The notes: generated from the letters alone by a model not told the origin. Counted from the first letter of the stretch, positions 25,424-38,700 are shown. The stretch: 64,000 nt of DNA from Octopus sinensis (GCF_006345805.1 NC_043020.1:19220001-19284000), one strand, 5' to 3'. Numbers and translations are program-made.

Positions 25424-25599
25424 ATTTTCCTGAGTTACTATATTACACTTGTACGCCAATCCGCCACAAAGTTACTCATTTACAGCGGACTGGAGCAACT
25501 TAAAATGAAGTGTTTTGCTCAAGAACATAACACAAAGACGGTCTGGGGATCGAAACCACGATCTCGCGATCGTGAGTACAACACTCTAACCATTAGGCC

Positions 25600-26340
25600 A
25601 CACACCTTCACTAATCCACTGCTAAACAGCACTACACACCTTCACCTAATGCTACATACACCATCACACACTTTACAACACACTTTATTTTACATCATTT
25701 TGTGTTATCACATACGACCATACATCTGTACACACCGTGCACGGGACTACAAGCAACTACACGCTGCTAAACACTCACCATTAAACACTCACATCATCAC
25801 ACACTACTACACACCATTGCATACCACTACAAACTACTCTGACAAGCCGTCACACCCCACTGGTTATCACTATACGCCAACACATACCATCTCGTCAAAC
25901 CATCGCGCAATATTTCGTTGAATCATTATACACCTCTACACACTATCTCAGCATACCATCACGCACCATCACTCACGATCATACACCATCACTCACTGTC
26001 ACATACTATAACACACTACTACACATCACTCACTATCACACACCGTCTGACACCATCATCACATACCATCTGACACCATCATTCACCATCACACGCCATC
26101 GCTCTCGCCATACACAATTACTCATCATTATATACCATCACTCACGATCAGTCACCATCACTCATCATCATACCACCACTCACCATCATACTATCACTCA
26201 CCATCAGACACCACCACTCACCATTACACATCATCACTCACCATCAGTCACCACCACTCACCATTACACACCATCAGTCATCATTACACACCATCATCAC
26301 TCATCATCACACACCATCTCGTCAAACCAATGTGCTAATT
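25600..26340 (+). repeat. Degenerate CAC/CAT-rich minisatellite (caccatcactca-like)
   Basis: Direct reading. Confidence 0.8.
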
Positions 26341-26811
26341 ACATCAGTTCCAATCAAGATTATAGCCGCCGTGGAAAACACGGTTGTCATAGGCGACAGC
26401 AGCTTTTCATATCTTCATTTGTGTAAATGGCTATCGTTGTCGTTGTTGATAATGGTTGTAGTAGTACTGGTGGTGGTGGTGTAGGTGGTGGTGGCAGTAC
26501 TTAGCGGTTGTGGCATGCTTGTGATGATGATGAACATAGTGGTTGCTATGATGAATTGCGTTGTTTATGTTGGTGATACTTGTTTTAGTAGCATTTATAG
26601 GCGCACTTGTCTGTTGGTGGTGTATGTGTGTGTGCGCGCGTGTGTGCGTGTGTGCGTGCGCGTGAGTGTGCATTTGCGTGTGTGCATGTATGTGTGTGTG
26701 TGTGTGAGTATGTTATGTTTTCTATCGTTCTCTCTCTCTCTTTCTCTCTCACTCTCACTTCAGTCTCTATGTCTGTGCATGTACGTATATGCATCTATCT
26801 ATCTATCTATC

Positions 26812-26862
<51 letters not shown>

Positions 26863-27029
26863 CTTCAGTTTATTTGACTGCGGTCATACTGGAGCACTGC
26901 CTTTAGTCGAAGAAGTTAATCCCAGTACTAATTCTTTGTAAGCCGAGTACTTAGTCTATCGTCACTTTTTGCCGAACCGCTAAGTTTCGGGGACGTAGAC
27001 TAAACGCACCAACGTCGGTTGACAAAACA

Positions 27030-27483
27030 AGGTCCCAGACACGGAGTTCCTCCCTCGAGCTGAGGAGAGAACAGGTCAGGTGGACAGGCCAACTTGTTCG
27101 AATCCCTAACACACGGCAAACCAAAAGACTATTTTACAGTGAATTGGCACAAGGCAAGCGCACACATTCAAAGACACACTGAAGTGCTTTCAGATCAACC
27201 CCGACACCTGCGAAATGCAAGCACACGACCACCCTATCCGACGTAACTGCATCAACAGAGGTGCCACTTCCTACGAACAGAACTGAACTGCAGGAGCACA
27301 AAGAAAACCTGAGCTGCTCAGGTCAAGAGCCAACTCCTTGCTTTCATTTCCAGCAGACCGCCAGTGCGCGACCTACCGCAGAACCTCCGGAGCACGCATC
27401 GGCCTGATCAGCCACAGCCGTTGCACCTTGACCCATCTTCTCCCATGTGATGTCTTGATCATCGTCGATAACAATGGAAGAAC
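27030..27483 (+). mobile_element. RTE-clade (BovB-like) LINE 3' fragment
   Basis: RWTGQLVRIPNTRQTKRLFYSELAQGKR and RTSGARIGLISHSR, with the RTE-like end atcatcgtcgataacaatggaagaac. Confidence 0.8.
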
Positions 27484-27518
<35 letters not shown>

Positions 27519-27530
27519 TATTATTATTAC

Positions 27531-29078
27531 TTTTTTTTTTCTTCTTTCAAATTTGCTTCCATTTCTTGCCGAGTGTCTTCCCGACTTCTAGGGCAAAGAA
27601 ACTCATAGTATATATTGGTAGGCCATTAAACCAAACTCAGTAGTTCGTTCATTTTTTTTTTAAGTTAAATTAAAATACATGAGCGGCAACAGTTCTCACA
27701 TCGACAATGCTCTTCTCAATACGTGTGATGTACCAGTTAAGACAATCTTTTGCACTTCTTGCAGGGATGGTAAGCCAGGGATCATTCTCATATAATTTTC
27801 GGTTCCCTTCTTGATCATTCCTAGTGCTCCTACGATCACTGGTATTGTAACCGCCTTGAGATGTCACATTTTCTCAATTTCAATGTGTAGGTCTTTATAT
27901 TTTCTGAGCTTGTCAAACTCTTTCGCTGAGATATTATGATCACAGGGGATGCTCATGTCGATCAATAAGCAAACTTTATTGTTTTGGTCTTCACAACAAT
28001 ATCTGGTTTATTGGCCTTGATGGTTCGGTCTGTATGTACTGGAAAGTCCCACAGAATGGTTACATTTTCTCCTTCAGTTACAGCCTCAGGGTGGTGATTA
28101 TACCACTTGTCGGCAGTTTTGATATTGTAATGCCGACTTATTAGCCAGTGGAGATATTGGCCAACTCTGTCATGTCTTAATTTATACTCCACTGGTGCTA
28201 AGACTTTACATCCAGAGATTAGGTGGTCCACTGTTCCAATCATGTCGTTGCAGAATCGGCATTTTGGGTCTGCTCCATTTTTCATCACATTGGCCTGGTA
28301 GTTCCGGGTTAATAGGCTTTGATCTTGAGCAGCCAGGATGAAACCTTCGCTCTCTGCTTTTAGCCCTAAGCTCCGTAGCCACTGATGGGTTTGCTTCTGG
28401 TCAACATCAGCTTGTTTGCTGCAGGTCACATATTTGCCGTGCAGAGGTTTCTCCTCCCACTTATCAGCCAATTGCTCGTGCGCTTTTTTCATTGCCATCA
28501 TTTTCACCTTCTTTGCAACAATAGTTGCCGTACTTCCCTCGGTTTGTTCAGTTTGGGTATCCTGCACGAAATCAATAGCAAATTTTTTGCTTTCCTTTAT
28601 GATAGAATGAAGCTTCTTTCGTCTCTCGTGATTTTCCACGAGCTTTAGCATCCAGTCATTCGATATTTCGAGATATTGGCCAGTCCAATTGTGGTTGTTT
28701 TGTAAGCTAGTTCAAATTGGATCAGGCCTCGACCTCCTTGGGCTCTGGGAAGGTAAAGGCGATCTACGTCTGCCTTTGGGTGGTGCATCCTATTACAACT
28801 CAGCAGCTTGCGTATTTTTCTATCTATATTCTTTACTTCACTCATATTCCAGTTCAACACATTGTAGCTATAAGTAACAACTGGAACTGCTAAGGAATTT
28901 ATAGCTAACACCTTGTTACGTGCATTTAGTTCAGATTTCAGGACTGCACGAACTCTCCTATAACATTCCTTCCTGATTTTCTCTTTCATGCTTGCATGCT
29001 GAATACCAGAGCCTTCATTTATCCCTAAATATTTGTATGTTTGTTCTTGCTCAAGCTCTCTTATGACTGTGTCAACAT
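27531..29078 (-). mobile_element. 5'-truncated R4/Dong-like element with (ATT)n on both flanks
   Basis: ORFs 28645-28989 and 27962-28651: YKYLGI, RMHHPKADVDRLY, EKPLHGKY, KCRFC..TVDHLISGC, RHDRV, ILWDFPVHTDRTIKANKPDI. Confidence 0.92.
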
Positions 29079-29080
29079 CA

Positions 29081-29116
<36 letters not shown>

Positions 29117-29136
29117 TATTATTATTATTATTATTA

Positions 29137-29689
29137 TTGGGTTGTCCGGAATGTTCGTGCCGATTTATAGTAGCTTACCTTTCGACTTATTTTAGAACAT
29201 GGTTGAGTCCATATAATAAGATTTGACTACACCTACATTTAGAGCACAGTTTAAGCTATCTTTTCATGGAAGAAGGTTTATGTTCCTATAACCTGTGTTA
29301 ATTCTTTAACCCTTTAAAATGGAAGATAAGAAAGTTCATTTTCGGCACTTGATGCTTTGGAAACCAGACAAAAATTGCTGAAGTTCGGCTGGGATGTGTT
29401 ACCCCACCCTTCGTATTCACCAGATATTGCTCCTTCGGATTTCCACTTATTCAGGTCTCTGCAGAATAGTCTTAATGGTAAAAATTTAAATTCCTTGGAT
29501 GATGTAAAAAGATACCTTGATGAATTATTTGCCATGAAACCACCTCAATTCTTGGAAGAGGGTATTTTCAAGTTAAAGGAAAGATGGAGATGCTTTGTGC
29601 AACAAAATGGTTCATATTTGGTTGATGGCAGGTATTTATGGACCTTTTTCTTTCCTTTAAAAATCGGCAAGAACTTTCCGGAAACCCAA
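29137..29689 (+). mobile_element. Short internally deleted mariner (553 bp)
   Basis: Imperfect TIRs ttgggttgtccggaatgttcgtgccgattt / aaaatcggcaagaactttccggaaacccaa, TA on both sides; MEDKKVHFRHLML fused to GWDVLPHPSYSPDIAPSDFHLFRSLQN. Confidence 0.92.
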
Positions 29690-29698
29690 TAGAAAGGA

Positions 29699-29782
<84 letters not shown>

Positions 29783-30700
29783 CCATGTATATGCGTGTGT
29801 TGTGTGAGTGAGTACACACACACACACACATTGAAGCCCACTGTGAAAATATCTGCTTTATAGCTCGACCTGCTAGAAATAATAACAACATCTCCCTCAC
29901 TATCACACACTGATGTCTAAAAACAAAATCTAGATTAAAAGAAAACAATGACAGTATGCTTTAGATCTCAGATCAGCCCGATCGCTCGATCATGCTTGTT
30001 GTAGAGTGAATCACGAATAGCATTTTCACACATGTAATCATATTACGCGCATGCGCATGTTACATCTGCAAGAAATTCTTCATGAAAAGAATTATGTCAG
30101 ACGCTGTCCGTATGTTTTTGAACACTCTTCAACTGCGGACTCTCAAGTTGTCATCGATGCCAACAAAAGACCAGCAGGAGAAAGATGTCCGTCAATTTAA
30201 TGCTCCTGAATTTAATGAAGTAGCAATTATTCTGGTTGGAAAAGGACATGGCAAACGAGATATTGTTTTCAAGTATGATGACAGTAACAACCAGTTTAAT
30301 AAATGAAATTTATTGTTCACACGATGTCATATAATATCCTTCACCTTTTGTTAAGGAAGAAATGGATATCACTTTGATACACCACGAGTTTAAGAAATCA
30401 CTTCAAAGAAAAGAAAAGGTAAAGAAAAAAGGAAGGAAATGAAAACTGTATCCTGTATGGGTGAATCATTATGTTTCTCGATTGATTATTCAAAGTAATG
30501 CGTTTAATTCATTAGACGAATTAATTCATTATTGCTAATCTCTTTTCCCTCCGTATATTGTTGATATTTGTGCTGAAATAAAACCAGAAAGGCTGTTTTA
30601 CATAAAACAGAATCAAAGAGAATTGCGTAATGAATTGTATATGCATTTACAAAATGGCGTTAACAACGATATTGCTGGGACAGAGCCTGGACAACTTTGT

Positions 30701-31085
30701 GGTGGAAGCACTCCGTCGGTTACGACGTCGAGGGTTCCGGTTGATCCGAATCAACGGAACAGCCTGCTCGTGAAATTAACGTGTAAGTGGCTGAGCACTC
30801 CACAGACACGTGTACCCATAACGTAGTTCTCAGGGTTATTCAGCGTGACACAGAGAGTGACAAGGCCGGCCCTTTGAAATACAGGTACAACAGAAACAGG
30901 AAGTAAGAGTGAGAGAAAGTTGTGGTGAAAGAGTACAGCAGGGATCACCACCATCCCCTGCCGGAGCCTCGTGGAGCTTTAGGTGTTTTCGTTCAATAAA
31001 CACTCACAACGCCCGGTCTGGGAATCGAAACCGCGATCCTATGACCGCGAGTCCGCTGCCCTAACCACTGGGCCATTGCGCCTCC
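30701..31085 (-). mobile_element. Full-length family V SINE with 12 bp TSD
   Basis: tRNA-like head ggaggcgcaatggcccagtggttaggg..tttcgattccc; ggacaactttgt duplicated at 30689-30700 and 31086-31097. Confidence 0.9.
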
Positions 31086-31212
31086 GGACAACTTTGTATT
31101 CTCCATCCAATTTTACGGGAAACCCAAGATATATGCATGAGAGGACGCATATCAAACGAAATCCACGCATAGATTTTTCCAAAGCAATTATACACCGACA
31201 GATATGACCTAA

Positions 31213-31628
31213 AAGCCGGCGAGCTGGCAGAAAAGTTAGCACGCCAGGTGAAATGCTTAGCGGTACTTCGTCTGCCGCTACGTTCTGAGTTCAAACTCCG
31301 CCAAGGTCGACTTTGCCTTTCATCCTTTCGGGGTCGATAAATAAGTACCAGTTACGCACTGGGGTCGATGCAATCGAATTGATACGTAAGTCTGGCCTTG
31401 TTTTTCCCCTCTATGTTTAGCCCCTTGTGGGTAATAAAGAAATAGGTATTTCGTCTGCCGCTACGTTCTGAGTTCAAATTCCGCCGAGGTCGAATTTGCC
31501 TTTCATCCTTTCGAGGTCGATTAAATAAGTACCAGTTACGCACTGGGATCGATATAATCAACTTAATCCGTTTGTCTGTCCTTGTTTGTCCCCTCTGTGT
31601 TTAGCCCCTTTTGGGTAGGAAAGAAATA
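31213..31628 (+). mobile_element. Family R SINE dimer with 13 bp TSD
   Basis: The second unit restarts at ggtatttcgtctgcc (31445 versus 31262); agatatgacctaa duplicated at 31200-31212 and 31629-31641. Confidence 0.92.
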
Positions 31629-31949
31629 AGATATGACCTAATTGCAAACGTTCTGCATCTTAAAGTTTCCAAGGTTTGGACCAAATAACTAACCTTTACA
31701 TATTTTGACCACCACGTTGCTACACGTAAATTATATATTTATCAAATTTTGACACGAGGCCAGCAATTTGGAAGCGGCCGTAAGTCGATTACATCGACCC
31801 CCAGCGCTCGACTGGTACTTATTTTATCGACCTCGGAAGGATGAAAGACAAACTCAACCTCAGTGGAATTTGAACTCAGAACGTAAAGACGGACGAAATG
31901 CCGCTAAGCATTTTGCCCGGTGTGCTAGTATTTTTACCAGCTTGTCACC

Positions 31950-32010
<61 letters not shown>

Positions 32011-32486
32011 CAACAATAACAACAACAAGGGACTTCATAAAATTAAAATGAAACTTGGTTCAGAGTTTATGTGATGACCTCGATCCAACAGCTCAATGGA
32101 CAAATATTTCAGGAATTTCACTAAAGTAACGCAAACACATTATGATGGATATCCATCGTACGAAAGAAGAACACAAAATGGAGATATTTGAAACAAAAAT
32201 TGGTCAGCATATAATTGGTAAACAATAGGAGGCTCTGCTTCTTTATTTTAACTCTTTTGACTGCCATAGTCAATGCTCACATAAGCGTAGGACACTGTAA
32301 TTCCATGAAGTCAATGAACCGCATTCGCAAGTGTACTAACAAGGGTTCTGACGCGCAATGATTCCTCTCCAACACCAGATATTTCAAGATGAAGTCACAC
32401 AGTTCCAGATGGTGTGGTATATTTGTAGCAAAGAGTTTTTCGGAGGATATTTGGCTTCTCCAATACAACTGGTTGTTCATTCAGAG

Positions 32487-32726
32487 CAATGTCTCTCAGC
32501 CGGGGCCCATATGACCCGTGGGGCCCACATAAGATTTTGTTCTTAAAATTTATGTGCAATAAATTACTTCTACTTCTACTACAGAAAATGTATTTTAATT
32601 TTTTTTATACAATTTCTATTTAATTATAAAAATATGTTTTTTAATGCATCGATTGACTATGTGGGTCAAGTAAAGTAAAACAGGAATCAAAGTGATCCGT
32701 AGGCAATAAATGGCTGAGAACCACTG
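32487..32726. mobile_element. hAT MITE (240 bp) with 8 bp TSD
   Basis: Ends caatgtctctcagcc / ggctgagaaccactg; flanks attcagag and atttagag (one mismatch). Confidence 0.8.
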
Positions 32727-33689
32727 ATTTAGAGAATGGACAAAGAATATATTTTACAAAAGAAATTACTGCTCAGCAGCTCCTAGCTTCAACAGAAATT
32801 GCATTAGCAATATTTTTCAGACTTTGCCAAACTCTTTCGCTAAAACCATGTTATAGTATCAATTACGGTAATACACATGAATCAAATAATGGAAAAAGAG
32901 GCGCTGAAACTCAAGATTATCCTGATATCTGATTCGAAAATGTTCTGGACACGGATTATACTGTGCATCCAACTCTACAAGAATGCTTTTACTTTAGACT
33001 ACTTCTTCATAAAATCCATACCACATGCTTTCTGATCCTTTGAAACGTTGATGACAATGCCTGTTCTTCCTATAAGGACGCTTCTTTCAGCGTAGGATTG
33101 CTACAGGACAATATGCATTTGATAGCAGCTATGTCAGAGACTTCTATGTGTAGTATAAGAAGAATTTTGAGAACACTGTTTGCAATTCTACTTAAAAATC
33201 GTGATTTATCAATATGGCTAAAAGATAGTCATAATCTTGCAGAATACTACAAATACCAGATACAATGTCCCGGCAGGAAAATAGAATACAATGGTGAAAC
33301 CTACAATGCAGAATTAATAGCTATAGAAATCATAGTTTCTATGACGGTGAACGAATTGCATGTGTATGGGTTTCCACAAACCAATCGTTCTGAAGTCGAT
33401 AGATTTAGAAAGCTATTAAAAGAAACTTCCAAAAGCACTGAAGATCTCTCAAGATGTGTTTGCGAAAATTAACCAAATTGCTGTCTGAACAAAAAGTAGT
33501 CTACGACGCTATTCTCGAATGGTTTTTATTTCTATCGAAGGGGCGGAGGGAATTTTTCTTAATGAAAAACTTTTGTCTCTAAGATCTTACTTGCCAAAAC
33601 TGTGACAATTTTAAAAAAGCAGCTTTGGCCGCTGCTTCTTCAGTTATTGCTGCCACAGAGGAAGACCAATCCGCTCTAAATTGAACTTA

Positions 33690-34020
33690 ACTAATTGGCA
33701 CTCTGTCGCTTAAGATGACAGGGGTTCCAGCTGATCCGATCAACAGAACAGCCTGCTCGTGAAAATTAACGTGCAAGTGGCTGAGCATTCCACATATACG
33801 TATAGCCTTAACACAGCTCTCAGAGAGATTCAGCGTGACATAAGATGTGACAAGGCTGGCCCTTTGAAATACAGCTACTACCCATTTTTCCTGCCGAGTG
33901 AACTTGTGCACTGTAAAGTAAAGTGTTTTGCTCAAGGACACAACGCGCTGCCGGGTATCGAAATCAAGACTTTACGATTATGAGCCAAATACCCTAACAG
34001 CTAAACCACACGCCTTCATT
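33690..34020 (-). mobile_element. Family V SINE
   Basis: Matches the copies at 30701, 24520 and 39060-39400. Confidence 0.85.
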
Positions 34021-34329
34021 TAGCTAATACCGTTTTATAGTATTTGTGAAACATCTGGGATAAGACAACTACCAAAGAGGTGTCATCTCATTACTTGGAT
34101 GAGAGCACGACGACAAAGAAAAACTGTTTGGAAACCCTGAATTGAAGCTTGCAAGATTTTAGAAATTCTGAAGTATAAATGGATGGCGTTAGCACTACAC
34201 TATCAGATTTCACCAGACTTTGCTTGTAATTCCAAAAGGTATTAAAGCAGATGCGTTGATAGCTTGCTTGAAATCATCTTATTTGTGAAGACAAGCAACA
34301 AGAATGAACCCAAGAGCCTACGTGAAAAC

Positions 34330-34784
34330 AGTTCGGAAGTTCGCTATGCAATGAAGCCTTGCGTTAAACTAGGTAAAAGCGGTTACAGAAATTTATGAAA
34401 TGATATCGGCTGCTTATGGATAAACTTTTTCGTTGGCACAAGAGAATCAAGGACATTAGAGAGAAGGAGAGAGACGATGATAGGCGTGGAAGGGAGAGAG
34501 AAGTCGGAACATCAGAGTTGATTGAGAAAACTCGCAATTTTCTATCAAGACAATAAGCATGAATTTTTGATTTGATGCGGCATCTGTGCACAGAATTATT
34601 CATGAAGATCTGAACATGCGTAGGAGTGGCTGTGTGGTAAGTAGCTTGCTTACCAACCACATGGTTCCGGGTTCATTCCAACTGCGTGGCACCTTGGGCA
34701 AGTGCCTTCTACCATAGCCTCGGCCGACCAAAGCCTTGTGAGTGGATTTGGTAGACGGAAACTGAAAAAACCCGTCGTATATAT

Positions 34785-34832
<48 letters not shown>

Positions 34833-35701
34833 TATATAGATAGATAGATAGATAGATAGATATAGATATATGTAGTATGTATGTATGTATGTATGTAGTA
34901 TGTATTATGTATGTGTGTATATGTGTGTGGTGTGATGTGTGTGTTGTGTTGTCCCCCCCAACATCGCTTGACAACCTATGGTGTGTTTACGTCCCCGTAA
35001 CTTAGCGGTTCGGCACAAGAGACCGATAGAATAAGTACTAGGCTTACAAAGAATAAGTCCTGGGGTCGATTTGCTCGAATAAAGGCGGTGCTCCAGCATG
35101 GCCGCAGTCAAATGACTGAAACAAGTAAAAGAGTAAAAAGAGTATGCACGAAATTTGTACAAAGTTTGTTCCCAGAATGGGGGGAGGGGCAAGTCGATTT
35201 GATCGACCCCAGTACGCAACTGGTACTTAATTTATCGACCCGGAAAGGATGAAAGGCAAAGTGGACCTTGATGGAATTTAAACTCAGAACGTAGCGACGG
35301 GTGAAATACCGCTAAGCACTTTGTCTGATGTGCTAATGTTTCTCACCGCCGCCAGCGACGAGCTTCCTGGTAACCAACTACTAGACAGAGAATGGCACCA
35401 AAACTACACCGCAAACTCTACAGTCCAGACCCTGCTCCCTGTGATTTTTGGTTGTTTCCCAAGCTTAAAGAAAACACCAGGGGCATTTGTTTTGAAGATG
35501 AAAGAGACTGTGACAGGGGCCTGGACACCTTCACTTTGGAAGGCTTCCGCCGGGACTTTCACAAAGTGGCTGGGGTGCTGCAACAAATGCATTGAAGTTA
35601 GAGGATCCATCTTTGAAGCAGATAAGAATTTTGTCCTTATTTGAAATTAATAAATGCCTCTTCCCAAAAAAAAACTCCCAAAACTTCTAGAATGTCCCTT
35701 G
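34330..35701 (+). mobile_element. Fragmented mariner interrupted by two SINEs
   Basis: N-terminal VRYAMKPCVKLGK and VHRIIHEDLNMR, then KFVPRM after the SINE, then YSPDPAPCDFWLFPKLK; TIR-like end aaaacttctagaatgtcccttg followed by TA. The left TIR was not found. Confidence 0.75.
34620..35140 (+). mobile_element. Family C SINE with internal microsatellite
   Basis: Head gctgtgtggtaag..gggttca(g/t)tcc, ccttgggcaag motif, microsatellite, tail ending actgaaacaagtaaaagag. Further copies at about 40305-40755 (+), 41375-41770 (+), 48003-48455 (-), 53055-53495 (+) and a head at 52400-52582 (-). Confidence 0.88.
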
Positions 35702-35833
35702 TATTTTAGATAATCGTATCCTATTGCTTTTTTATAGTACTATGACCTGCAGTTCTGTATTGCTTCGAACTGATGTTTTATATTACTTTGTACTACTGCT
35801 TTATATTACCTTGGAACTGCACCTACGTGTATG

Positions 35834-35875
<42 letters not shown>

Positions 35876-36539
35876 TATACATTCATACATACATACATTG
35901 TTTTCAACTTGTATTACTTTCAACTACTGCTATGTATTTCCTCAGATTTCTGTCTCCTATTACTTTGAACCACTGTATTATCCTGCTTTGAACTGACGTT
36001 TTATATTTCTTTGAACCGCCTTTATATATAACTTGAAGCCTCTGTCGCTGTCAGATCAGCGCAGAGGTCACTCACCTAACGAGCAACAGCTTTCTTAGAA
36101 GAGGACCAGCGACAGCAGTGTCTCGCTACTGCAAGACGTCACAGGGCAGCGTCCGCTATAATCTAAAGAACAAACTGTCGTTATGGCACTCGTGGGCTTT
36201 GGACTGCGTTGTCACATGCACTATCATCACTGAGAACATCTGCCATCATCGGACACCGATGAACTACCAACACACAGGCACACACACACATACACACGGT
36301 GACGTATCACATCTGGAAAATATTCTAAAATGTGTTACGTGTAGAAGAGTAAGTTTTTGAAACTACGAACTTGCAAACTGTTAGATGCTAAGTTACATAA
36401 TACACCTGTATTCATAAAAAAAATCCTACGGAGTAGGATGGTAATACTCAAACTACTCATTCGTTTTATTCTTATTATGGGTTCAGCTATCAGTCAACGT
36501 AGCAATCAATTACAAAGTAGTGTAATGTCAAGTTTCCGT

Positions 36540-37040
36540 GTAACTGAAATTCCAGAAAACCCGAGCGATAAAATCATTCTCCGAAGACTGCCGTTTCGAC
36601 ATTCGTCCCTTCTTCTGAATTCTTTTTCCACTGGTAAAGTTTTCAAGTAATCTGAGTAAGAGGAGATCTAATGTTGTTAGGTCTGGTGAGTACAGAAGGT
36701 GAAGCAACGCTTATCAGCCTAATGAATTTATCTTGAGAAACCTTGTTGAATGCACTCCCTTATTGTTGGGGGACAGTTCATGAGGTACCCACTTCTCTTC
36801 TTCATACACTTTCTCATCTGTTTGAAATGATCTTGTACTGTGGAAAAAGGTTTATTAAGCCTTTGGGACAAGTCTCCGATAGTCTGACGCTGATCCCCTT
36901 CAGCCATGAATGACCTTACGATTGCACCTAGAAAGTTACCCTCCGAGGCACAAGTTTGGGCAAGGTTGTTTATGGTAGACCAGCAGTCGCCCATGCATAC
37001 CAGCCTCTCTAAGCCACCAATTTTATCCAAGGGAAAGGAA
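36540..37040 (-). mobile_element. Internally deleted mariner remnant
   Basis: EEEKWVPHELSP joined almost directly to a degenerate YSPDL region. Confidence 0.7.
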
Positions 37041-38149
37041 AAGGCTTGGAACCAGTGAGATCACAATATATTCCTACGGCTGAGTAAGTGGAATAACATG
37101 AAATAAAGTGTCTTGCTCAAGAACACAACACACAGCCCAGACCGGGAATCGAACTCACTACCTTATGATTGTGAGCCTGATGCTCTAACCACTAAGCCAT
37201 GTGCCTTATGTTCTGCATGCGAAAACATAAAGACAAAAGTTTTGAAGTTGAATGTACATTCATTTATTTATTTAACCACGTGACAGCCATATTAATTTTT
37301 GTTAATAATAATACAATATATCGTGACTAGGTTACTTATCTTTTACTGACAGAATCAAAGAAATTTTGTCTGATTCCGGATTCTATTCATTGTGTATATA
37401 AGGTGTGAATTTTGTGTGTACATTTAGAGTTGAATTATTTGTGTAACTATGATATTCCGGTGATCTGATGAGCGGGCTTTCTTTATTTGCATTAACTTGT
37501 GAATATACAATTGAATTGTATAATACTGAGCATACATGTTAACGCAAACATGTACGCATAATTTCTTGGACTCTGAAATTAATATTACACGAAGAAACGG
37601 CTATAACACTGAAGAAATCACGTAGTTAAGTAAATATATATTCAACTCTAAAACCTCCTGACTTTATGTGTATGTGTGTGTACGCGCGCATGCCTGTCTG
37701 TATGTGTGTGTGTGTCTGCGTGTGTGTCTATGTTGCTTTGAATTGCCATTTTGCATTACTCTGAACTGCTGTTCTATATTATTTCCTGGTGCTGTTTATA
37801 TTACTTTAAACAATCGTTTTATATTACTTTTAACTCATGCTTCATGTTATCTTGATTTGTACCATATTACTTTGAGCTGCTGTTTTTATATTGCTTTGCA
37901 CTGGGCTTTATATCAATCAGAACTTCTGCTGCATATAACACACGCAGTATATATTTGCACTATCTTTTTCTATTACTCTGCACTGCAGCTTTATATTTCA
38001 TTGAACTGCCGTTTTATATTTCATTGAACCACTACTACATAATTTTCCAGTTGCCATCTCCGATTACTTTGGTGAGGGGATTTTAATGAACTGCAAATTT
38101 GGTATTATATGCTTTATTTTGTAAGAGCAGCCCTGAAACATGTGTACAC

Positions 38150-38700
38150 AATATAGTGTGACTTCGAAAAGGCCAAAGATGATTTAACGAATTCAAACAT
38201 GGTGAATTCGACCTTCTGGATGCGTATCGGTCAAGGAGACTTACTGTTCTCAATAATGATGCAGTGAAAACAGCAATTGAAGGGGATCCGCCTCAGACTA
38301 TCGGAGACTTGTCCCATTGGCTTAATAAAGTTTGTTCCACGGTACGAGATCATTTCAAATAGATTGGGGAAAGAGTATGAAGAAGAGAAGTGGGTCCCTC
38401 ATGAACTGTCCCCCGACAATAAGGGAGTGCATTCAACAAGATATTTCAAGGAAAGATAAATTCATTAGGCTGATGAACTCTGCCTCACCAGACCTGGCAC
38501 CATCAGATTTCCCCTTATTCAAGTCACTTGAACACTCTACCAGTGGATAAACAATTTAGGGACGATGTCGAAACGGCAGTCCAAATATTTTCCTATTCTA
38601 AAGAACCCGATTTTTTTTTTGTTTTGTTTTGGTTCCGAGAAACCAAAACAACTGGTTTCGAGGAGAAATAATATTGCTACCGATGACAATTATACTTTGA
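38150..38700 (+). mobile_element. Internally deleted mariner remnant, same derivative as 36540-37040
   Basis: GKEYEEEKWVPHELSPDNK followed by the same junction and SPDLAPSDFPLFKSLE. Confidence 0.75.

Larger units (their letters stand above)
30080..33660 (+). mobile_element. Decayed Helitron RepHel coding remnant with nested insertions
   Basis: RQFNAPEFNEVAII, NFTGNPRYMHER, NAHISVGHCNSMKS..NKGSD, IYTVHPTLQECFYFRLLL and a degenerate helicase motif-I region ending AAASSVIAAT. Confidence 0.82.
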
